Shown: in pieces, positions 19,553 through 26,884 of the stretch
Position numbering within the stretch: the stretch's first letter is position 1
Layout: the number at the start of each line of letters is the position of its first letter
Source of the DNA: Schaedlerella sp.
Lineage (GTDB): Bacteria > Bacillota > Clostridia > Lachnospirales > Lachnospiraceae
Length of the DNA stretch: 64,000 nucleotides
Reading direction: 5' to 3'
NCBI GenBank assembly: GCA_036309085.1
Contig: JAXJUL010000027.1
Coordinates: 1,408 to 65,407 of the forward strand
The notes under the pieces: generated by a model
Database searches by the model: none
What the model was told of the DNA's origin: nothing
What the model saw: the letters and a program-made list of their open reading frames with translations, nothing else
Position numbers and translations under genes: made by a program

Positions 19553-20480
19553 GCGAATTCTGGTCGCAGGCGGGGCCGGATTTATCGGTTCCCACCTGTG
19601 TGAAAAATTATTAAAACAGGGAAATGAGGTTATCTGTCTGGATAATCTGTATACCGGAAGAAAATCAAATATTGACTTTCTGGGGGAATATGAAGGATTT
19701 TCTTTTGTAGAACATGATGTGACGGTTCCTTATTTTGTAGAGATTGATCAGATTTATAATCTGGCCTGTCCTGCCAGTCCGGTACATTATCAGAACAATC
19801 CAGTGCAGACGATCAAGGCAAGTATTCTTGGCGCGATCAATATGCTCGATCTTGCAAGGGAGACAGGGGCAAGAATCTTGCAGGCAAGTACAAGTGAAGT
19901 GTATGGAGACCCTCTGGTTCATCCACAGTACGAAGAATACTGGGGAAATGTTAATCCAATCGGACCACGTTCCTGCTATGATGAGGGAAAACGTGCAGCT
20001 GAGACTTTGTTTTTCGACTATATGCGCCAGTATGGGATAGAGATTAAAGTGATGCGAATTTTTAATACCTATGGACCGCACATGCAGATCAATGACGGAC
20101 GTGTGGTATCCAACTTTATCGTGCAGGCATTAAAAAATGAGGACATTACCGTATACGGAGATGGAAGTCAGACAAGAAGCTTCTGTTATGTGGATGATCT
20201 GGTAGAAGGAATGGTAAGTTTCATGAACAGTGAAGCAGAGTTTACAGGACCGGTCAATATGGGGAATCCATCTGAGTTTACAATGCTTGAATTTGCAGAA
20301 AAAATCATTAAAATGACAAATTCACATTCAAAGATTGTTTATCTGCCGCTGCCGATAAATGATCCTGTGAAACGCAGACCGGAAATTTCTCTGGCTAAGG
20401 AAAAGTTGAACTGGGAGCCGAAGATTTCTGTGGATGAAGGTCTGGAAAAGACGATTTACTATTTTAAAATGATCCTATAA
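19545..20480 (+). CDS. uxs: UDP-glucuronate decarboxylase (UDP-xylose synthase)
   Basis: [57 protein letters not shown]. Confidence 0.92.
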   Translation: MSKRILVAGGAGFIGSHLCEKLLKQGNEVICLDNLYTGRKSNIDFLGEYEGFSFVEHDVTVPYFVEIDQIYNLACPASPVHYQNNPVQTIKASILGAINMLDLARETGARILQASTSEVYGDPLVHPQYEEYWGNVNPIGPRSCYDEGKRAAETLFFDYMRQYGIEIKVMRIFNTYGPHMQINDGRVVSNFIVQALKNEDITVYGDGSQTRSFCYVDDLVEGMVSFMNSEAEFTGPVNMGNPSEFTMLEFAEKIIKMTNSHSKIVYLPLPINDPVKRRPEISLAKEKLNWEPKISVDEGLEKTIYYFKMIL

Positions 20481-20500
20481 GAAAGTGCCGGAGGTTTGAA

Positions 20501-21805
20501 ATGTTCGCGCAATATGATAAGACAACGGGAATCTTTGAGATACAGGGAAACGAACTGAATATTACCGAGGCTGAGGATGTATTGAATGTATCTTTAGGAG
20601 AGTATACAGATTTTATTTACGATAAAAAGAAGAAAACTCTGGAAGTAAAAGAAGATGCAATTGGCGGAAAGAAATGGACGTATATGCTCGATGAGGGGAG
20701 AAGGATTTATTTAAGTTCGTCTCTTCGTGTTCTGAAGGAAAGGCTGAACAAAAACTTTCAGTTAAATGAGGGAATGCTTCCACATTTCATGTACAATGGG
20801 TTTTTATATGGAAAACATACTCTCGTCTGTGGAGTATTTAAGCTGGAACCTGGGACAAGTCTTTTCTTTGACAGAGAAAAAATAAGAAAACAGGTTTTGT
20901 CAACTTCTTACAAAGAAGTGGAAGAGGAAAAATATGGAGAACGTTATGAGGAATACCTGAACTTGGCCGTAAGAAAATCTGTTGAAAATCAGCTTATACT
21001 GGATGGAAAAATCAATTTAACCTTGTCTGCAGGATATGATTCAAACTGCATTTTGCATTTTATAAGGAAATACAAACCAGATATACCGGTAAGATGTTTC
21101 TCAATCGGTGGATATAAGGGTGTGGATGAAACAGAAAATGCAGAAAAGATATCTGAATTATATGAGAATATTTGTTTTCGAAAGAAAATGGTGACGCCAG
21201 ATACCCTGGAGAAGATGGAAGAGATTGTGGAACGTCTGGAAGGTTGTGTGTATGAACGGGGAATCTTTCTTCAATATGAGCTGGCCAGGCTCTTAAAAGA
21301 GGAAAAATGTAAAAATATTATCTGTGGGGAATGTGCGGATCAGATTTTTAATAAGAATTTTTATGAATTACTTCCGGAAGATAATTTTCTGTTTGATTAT
21401 GAGCATCATCCAAGACAGATGTGCGCGTATGTTGTAAAAAAGAAGAATGAGCTGATGCTGAATTCTTTTGGGATTGAGGTACAATATCCATTTCTTGATA
21501 AAAATGTCAGAAATCTGGCATATTTTATGCGAAAGAAAAATGGAACGAAGAAAGTTTTTCATATTGAAAAATGTAAAGAATGGTTTTCGGAAAATGTTCT
21601 TTCATATATAGAAAAGCAGGGAGGAAGCACCAACCTCGATGCTCTGTTTGAAAATGGAGCAGATATTTCCGGGATGATGAGAAGGAACCCATTTTATTCA
21701 GAAGAGTTTCGGATTACACAGAAGTACCCACGAAAAGAGGCTGAACGTGACTATTATCTGACGTTGAAATATGTAGAATTATTTAAGAAGATTTTTTGTG
21801 ATTGA
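20501..21805 (+). CDS. Asparagine-synthetase-like ATP-dependent amide ligase lacking glutaminase Cys
   Basis: PP-loop LTLSAGYDSN, CGECADQIF, YPFLD; N-terminus MFAQYD has no catalytic Cys. Confidence 0.8.
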   Translation: MFAQYDKTTGIFEIQGNELNITEAEDVLNVSLGEYTDFIYDKKKKTLEVKEDAIGGKKWTYMLDEGRRIYLSSSLRVLKERLNKNFQLNEGMLPHFMYNGFLYGKHTLVCGVFKLEPGTSLFFDREKIRKQVLSTSYKEVEEEKYGERYEEYLNLAVRKSVENQLILDGKINLTLSAGYDSNCILHFIRKYKPDIPVRCFSIGGYKGVDETENAEKISELYENICFRKKMVTPDTLEKMEEIVERLEGCVYERGIFLQYELARLLKEEKCKNIICGECADQIFNKNFYELLPEDNFLFDYEHHPRQMCAYVVKKKNELMLNSFGIEVQYPFLDKNVRNLAYFMRKKNGTKKVFHIEKCKEWFSENVLSYIEKQGGSTNLDALFENGADISGMMRRNPFYSEEFRITQKYPRKEAERDYYLTLKYVELFKKIFCD

Positions 21806-21812
21806 GGAAGTT

Positions 21813-23162
21813 ATGAGCGCAAAAAAATATATCATTGACGGAAATTGTGAACAGGTTCGCGAAGAAATGAGGAAATACAAGACAGAAGATATTTTTGTAT
21901 ATCAATGGAGGGACAGGATATATGAAGATATTCGCGAACTTTATGATATTCTTTTGGAAGAAAAGGAATATATGGCGCTCAAGGATTTTAATGAGTGTCA
22001 GTTCCTGATAGAATATGCGGTTGGAAATGTAAAAAACAGAAAACATTATCCAGTCTATATGCAGGTTGAGCATACCTCATACTGCAATGCCCGCTGTATT
22101 ATGTGTTCCCACTATTATATGGGAAATCAGGGAGCATTTCATATGAGTGAAAATATTTTTCAGAAGATTGAAAAATATCTTCCATATGTCAGACGGGTTG
22201 GGCTTCACGGATATGGAGAACCTTTTATGGCAAAAGGGTTCTTAGAGCATCTGGAGAGATATCAAAGATATGGAGTGAAATTTTTTGTGAATACCAATCT
22301 TTCTATTCTTCCGGAGGGAATGGAGAAATTTTATTCGGATTTTGAGTTTATTAATATCTCATGTGACGGAACGACAAAAGAGGTATTTGAGGGAATACGT
22401 AAGAATCTTAAGTTTGAGGATTTTATTGCAAATGTAAAAAAACTCCGTGCGCAGGCTGAGAATGTACGTCTTGTTTTGGCGGTGGTTCTGATGCGGCAGA
22501 ATCTGCACCAGTGCAGAGAGTTTATAGAGATGGCAGCAGAACTTGGAGTGGACGAAGTTACATTTTCAAAAGTAGGAATCAATTATGTGATTGGAAATTA
22601 TGAGGATGCGGTAGAAAATTATCCACAGACTTTATATAAGAATCTGAAAGAAGCAATAGAAGCCGGAGAAAAACTCGGGGTAAAGGTTGCTGCACCTCTG
22701 GATAAGTCTGTATTGGATAAAGTAATCGATGAGGAAACCCTTTTAGAGGAAGCAAAAAGAATGAGAGATTTGCCTTTCTGGACTTATACTTCGGAAGAGG
22801 TATATAAGAAATTAGAAACTATGAAGTTTTATGATATTCCGCTTCAACTGCCTCTTGATGAAAAATGTTTTCAGCCAACAGGGGTGTCTGTGAAAGGTGT
22901 GTGTGACTGGCTCCTGGAGGATATTTATATTTCGGCGGAAGGAAAGATTGCTTTCTGCTGTTCTAATGCAAGATATTATGTGGGAGATCTGAACAGACAG
23001 AGTATAGATGAAGTCTGGAAGGGAGAAAATTATCAGAGGATGATTGGAATGTTCAAAAAGGGTTGTCTTCCGGATTATTGCAAATACTGTAATCATCTTG
23101 CGAAGCAGCTTCTGAAATATGTGAAATGTGATACAGAGGAATTATTAAGATTAAGAAAATAG
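21813..23162 (+). CDS. Radical SAM/SPASM-twitch protein (paralogue 4)
   Basis: YMQVEHTSYCNARCIMCSH, LHGYGEPF, ISCDG, LMRQN, GVCDW, FCC, WKGENY, CKYC; GAGG RBS favours ATG 21813. Confidence 0.92.
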   Translation: MSAKKYIIDGNCEQVREEMRKYKTEDIFVYQWRDRIYEDIRELYDILLEEKEYMALKDFNECQFLIEYAVGNVKNRKHYPVYMQVEHTSYCNARCIMCSHYYMGNQGAFHMSENIFQKIEKYLPYVRRVGLHGYGEPFMAKGFLEHLERYQRYGVKFFVNTNLSILPEGMEKFYSDFEFINISCDGTTKEVFEGIRKNLKFEDFIANVKKLRAQAENVRLVLAVVLMRQNLHQCREFIEMAAELGVDEVTFSKVGINYVIGNYEDAVENYPQTLYKNLKEAIEAGEKLGVKVAAPLDKSVLDKVIDEETLLEEAKRMRDLPFWTYTSEEVYKKLETMKFYDIPLQLPLDEKCFQPTGVSVKGVCDWLLEDIYISAEGKIAFCCSNARYYVGDLNRQSIDEVWKGENYQRMIGMFKKGCLPDYCKYCNHLAKQLLKYVKCDTEELLRLRK

Positions 23163-23222
23163 AAAAAGATTGCACGCAATGAAAGAAATGTGAAAGAACT
23201 TGTGTGCAATCTTTTTTGTTTT
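23163..23222. terminator. Bidirectional intrinsic terminator closing the operon
   Basis: aaaaagattgcacgcaa / ttgtgtgcaatcttttt stem with A- and T-tracts between convergent genes. Confidence 0.8.
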
Positions 23223-23584
23223 TAGACAATTTTTCGAATTTCAGTTATAGAATAGCCGGCCTTTTCTACTGCTTCGCAGATTGTCTCGTCGTCTATATGC
23301 TTTTCCAGTGAAACAACGGCTTCTTTTTTCTGAAGATTTACCTTAGCTGCCGCACCATCGATGGAATTGATACTTTTTTCCACCCAGTTTTTGCAGTGCT
23401 CGCAAGTCATGCCTTCGATGACAACGACTTTTTTGGAAATGACATTCTTCAGTTTTTTATTCTGCTTTGGAACTGGTGCCCCTCCTCCACAGCATCCGCC
23501 TTCGCCTTTAAAATGTTTTAGGGCAGAGCGTAATCCGATAAAGACCAGAACGAGCAGAATTATGATGATAATAATGTTTTCCAT
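23222..23584 (-). CDS. Membrane-anchored heavy-metal-associated (HMA) protein with Cys-rich linker
   Basis: N-terminal TM, GGCCGG, GMTCEHC HMA motif; AAGGAG RBS before ATG 23584. Confidence 0.85.
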   Translation of the reverse strand: MENIIIIIILLVLVFIGLRSALKHFKGEGGCCGGGAPVPKQNKKLKNVISKKVVVIEGMTCEHCKNWVEKSINSIDGAAAKVNLQKKEAVVSLEKHIDDETICEAVEKAGYSITEIRKIV

Positions 23585-23599
23585 TTTACTCTCCTTCGC

Positions 23600-23615
23600 G
23601 TTAGTGCTTGCTAAC
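23600..23615. promoter_or_regulatory. Palindrome GTTAG-N6-CTAAC, candidate metal-regulator (DtxR/MntR-type) box
   Basis: gttagtgcttgctaac immediately upstream of the HMA gene RBS. Confidence 0.45.
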
Positions 23616-23637
23616 ATGAAGTGTACAACGAATTTTT

Positions 23638-24528
23638 CTATTTGTAAAGAATTTTTCTCATATCTTCAGGCAGAGGTGCTGTAAATTCCATGGGTTTCCC
23701 GGTGATTGGATGCACAAATCTGAGGCAGTGAGAATGAAGTGCCTGTCTTGTGATATATTCCATGTCGGGATTATAGAGATAGTCTCCGACAAGAGGGAAA
23801 CCGATATACTTCATATGGATACGAATCTGATGCGTCCGTCCGGTCTCTAAATGAAGGGAGATAAGGCTGTGCCCATTTTCCTCTTTCACAAGTCTGTAAT
23901 GAGTGACAGCACGTTCTCCATTTTCGAAATCCACCATACGTTCAATGATTGATCCATCTTTTCTGGAAAGTGGGGCATCGATAGTTCCTGATTCAGGAGT
24001 GACGGTTCCGCGTACAACTGCGAGATATTCTCGGTGGATGTCGTGGCGGCGCACTGCAGCTGAGAGAATGTTGGAACTCAGCATATGTTTGGCAACAACG
24101 GTAAGACCAGAAGTATCACGATCCAGTCGGTTCGTACATCGGAAGATGAAATGTTCTCCCTTCTGCTGATAATACCAGGCCAGTGCATTTGCCAGTGAAT
24201 TATAATAATTATTCTGGGATGGATGAATGGGCATACCGGCGGGTTTATTGATTACAATAATGTCTTCATCTTCGTAAACGATATCCAGAGGATGCTCCAC
24301 AGGGGGAATCTTTTCGGAAGATTCCTGTTCCTGGATATAGATGGTAAGAATGTCATTTTCTTTGAGGGTATCGTTCAAATGAACCCAGATTCCATTCAGA
24401 AGAACACTTTCTTTCATTTTTTTCAATTCTACGAGATTCTGGCGGGAATATCCATTTCCACGGAGAAACTGCTCAATTCGGAGTCCTTCTTCTGAAGGTT
24501 TAATATAGTAAATTAATGTTCGATTCAT
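23638..24528 (-). CDS. RluA-family pseudouridine synthase
   Basis: INKPAGMPIHP, NRLDRDTSG, GRTHQIRIH, GDYLY. Confidence 0.95.
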   Translation of the reverse strand: MNRTLIYYIKPSEEGLRIEQFLRGNGYSRQNLVELKKMKESVLLNGIWVHLNDTLKENDILTIYIQEQESSEKIPPVEHPLDIVYEDEDIIVINKPAGMPIHPSQNNYYNSLANALAWYYQQKGEHFIFRCTNRLDRDTSGLTVVAKHMLSSNILSAAVRRHDIHREYLAVVRGTVTPESGTIDAPLSRKDGSIIERMVDFENGERAVTHYRLVKEENGHSLISLHLETGRTHQIRIHMKYIGFPLVGDYLYNPDMEYITRQALHSHCLRFVHPITGKPMEFTAPLPEDMRKILYK

Positions 24529-24683
24529 AAAAATATCCTTAATGTTTTATAAAATTCATTCTGTATATCCTAGCATATTTTTGAGAAAAATCCTATAAAT
24601 TTTCCCGCCTGATAGTAAAATAAGAGGAAGTGTGATAGTATACTAACAGAAATTATTTCAGCTATACGAAAGAAGGAGCATCG

Positions 24684-26867
24684 ATGAATTCAAAAGATGT
24701 TTTTATAAGTTATAAATCCGAAGAATTTGAAAAAGCGGAATGGGTACGTGTTGCTTTGGAAGCAGAGGGGATTTCCTGCTGGATGGCACCGATGTGCATT
24801 CCAGGCGGTTCGAACTATGCACGGGAGATTCCGAAGGCAATCAAAGCCTGTCGTGTATTTGTACTGATTTTATCAAGGCGATCGCAGGAGTCTATCTGGG
24901 TTCCGAAGGAACTGGATCAGGCGATTAATGCAGGGAAGGAAATTATGCCTTTTGTAATTGAAGAGACACTATTAGATGATATGTTTGGGTTTTATCTGTC
25001 CAATGTTCAGCAATATTATGCATTTACAGACTGGCAGTCTGTTCTGAAAACGATGATTTTAGATATTAAGAAAATCTTGTATCCGCATCCTGTAAAAGAA
25101 GAAATTGCAGAGCAGCAGATATCACAGAGTTTATGTGGATTAAATCCGGCAGAATGTATGGAGTTTGGCAGAGGCTGTGTTCCGGAATATTTGCTGGCAG
25201 AGGATAAGTCGGAAAAGCTGATATTGAACAGCCCGCTATTACTGATTACAGACAGGGTGATATACAGCAGGGAAGAAATTCGTCCGCTGTTGGAAAAGAT
25301 TAAGAGCACAGGTGCCAAACTTGTGATCATCGCGGAAGATTTCTGTGAGGATGTTTCTTTTTATCTTTTCACAGAGAAAAGATATGGAGGAATGGAAATT
25401 GCAGCGGTAAAAGCACCGTCTCATGGGGAACGTCAGAAGGAAATGCTTCAGGATTTGGCAATTCTGACAGGAGGTGTTCTTTTTTCTCAGACAGAAGGGA
25501 AAATGCTGGCGGATGTTTCATTGAATGAACTGGGTTGTGCGGAATGTGTGGAGATTTGGAAAGAGAAAACAAGGATTGCAGGTGGAATGGGAGAGGAAGA
25601 AGCCGTTGAGAGAAGAATTTCCCAGATTCGAAAAGGAATCTCAAGAACACATTCGAAGTTTGAAAAACAGAAATTACTGGAGCGGATTGAAAATCTTTCA
25701 CGCGGAATCATCAGGAATTCTGTGCATGAGACAGAAACGCTGGTTGTGACAAGAAAGTATTCCAACGGGACTTATGTGGGAACAATAAAGTCGGAGGTTC
25801 CGCATGGAAAAGGACGGATGGAATATATTACAGGCGAAGTCTATGAAGGGGAATGGAAGAACGGAATGATTAACGGAACCGGCAGGTTTCAGGCAGCAGA
25901 CGGCGAGCAGTATGATGGCGAATTTGCGGAAAATATTTTTCATGGACATGGGGTAAAACTTTATCTGGACGGCTCAAAATATGACGGAAACTGGGAACAG
26001 GGGATGCGCCATGGTCAAGGAACATATGAGAGCGATGGAAACATTTACAATGGAAAGTGGGAAAAAGATGTTTTTGTGGATGGAAAAGCATTTGTAAAAT
26101 ATTCTGACGGAAGTACCTATGAAGGACAATGGTCGGCTGATATGCAGAATGGTCAGGGAATTTACTATGCTGCGAATGGAAATATTTTTGATGGTGAATG
26201 GAAAGATCATCAGTTTATATCCGGAAAGTGTGTAATGAAATACCGTGATGGACGTATTTACAAGGGTGGTTACAGTAATGGCAATTATAACGGAAAAGGG
26301 CATCTGAAGTATCTGGATGGAAGTGAGTATGAAGGTGGCTGGGTCAATGGACAGCGTTGTGGAGAAGGACGATGCTGCTGGCCGAATGGGACAGTATATG
26401 AAGGACATTGGGAAAATGATATTGCAGATGGTTATGGAATCCGAAGACTTGGAAATATGCAGTATGAAGGACAGTGGAAAGCCGGCAAGCGTCATGGACA
26501 TGGGACATTTACATATTCTAATGGGGATAAGCATGAAGGAGAATGGGTAAATGGAGATCCTTGGGGAGAAGGAATCTATACTTACAGTGATGGAGCTGTG
26601 AAAAAGGGATTTTTTAAAAAAGATCTGTTATGGTGTGGAAATGGCATGCTGCGATATGAAAATGGAGAAGTTTATGTCGGAGAAATCGATAAAGGAAAGT
26701 TTCATGGAAGCGGCTGGCTGAAAAAGGCGGATGGCACACAGGTTGAGGGAACATTTGAAGCAGGAGTTCCACATGGAAAAGCTGTCTACACAGATAGTCA
26801 GGGGCAGCAGTTTAGCTGCAAATATAATCATGGAAAACAGGTAATGTTTTCTATGAAAAAGATTTGA
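24684..26867 (+). CDS. TIR domain - GroEL apical domain - MORN repeat fusion protein
   Basis: aa1-133 TIR (DVFISY, FVLILS, SIWVPKELDQA); aa157-343 collinear with GroEL apical domain (MEFGRG, LVIIAED, AAVKAPSHGERQKEMLQDLAILTGG, ELG.A, KLLERIENLSRG); aa~360-720 ~15 MORN repeats (YEGxWxxGxxHGxG). Confidence 0.88.
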   Translation: MNSKDVFISYKSEEFEKAEWVRVALEAEGISCWMAPMCIPGGSNYAREIPKAIKACRVFVLILSRRSQESIWVPKELDQAINAGKEIMPFVIEETLLDDMFGFYLSNVQQYYAFTDWQSVLKTMILDIKKILYPHPVKEEIAEQQISQSLCGLNPAECMEFGRGCVPEYLLAEDKSEKLILNSPLLLITDRVIYSREEIRPLLEKIKSTGAKLVIIAEDFCEDVSFYLFTEKRYGGMEIAAVKAPSHGERQKEMLQDLAILTGGVLFSQTEGKMLADVSLNELGCAECVEIWKEKTRIAGGMGEEEAVERRISQIRKGISRTHSKFEKQKLLERIENLSRGIIRNSVHETETLVVTRKYSNGTYVGTIKSEVPHGKGRMEYITGEVYEGEWKNGMINGTGRFQAADGEQYDGEFAENIFHGHGVKLYLDGSKYDGNWEQGMRHGQGTYESDGNIYNGKWEKDVFVDGKAFVKYSDGSTYEGQWSADMQNGQGIYYAANGNIFDGEWKDHQFISGKCVMKYRDGRIYKGGYSNGNYNGKGHLKYLDGSEYEGGWVNGQRCGEGRCCWPNGTVYEGHWENDIADGYGIRRLGNMQYEGQWKAGKRHGHGTFTYSNGDKHEGEWVNGDPWGEGIYTYSDGAVKKGFFKKDLLWCGNGMLRYENGEVYVGEIDKGKFHGSGWLKKADGTQVEGTFEAGVPHGKAVYTDSQGQQFSCKYNHGKQVMFSMKKI

Positions 26868-26884
26868 AAAGAGGTTTGAGTTGA

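Noticed and set aside
8165..20480. Ordinary capsule/EPS locus
   Set aside because: No priming transferase, Wzx/Wzy or ABC exporter; IDI, UbiA, the U32 pair and five rSAMs do not fit
1249..21805. Lasso peptide cluster (nucleotidyltransferase plus AsnB-like cyclase)
   Set aside because: No precursor, B1/RRE or B2 peptidase gene, and the two genes are in different transcription units 18 kb apart
7083..23162. RiPP (ranthipeptide/sactipeptide/mycofactocin-type) interpretation of the rSAM/SPASM genes
   Set aside because: No small precursor ORF, peptidase or peptide exporter visible; a distant precursor cannot be excluded
25152..25712. groEL pseudogene
   Set aside because: Segment is in frame within an intact 727-aa ORF and bounded at apical-domain limits; no groES or other groEL remnants nearby
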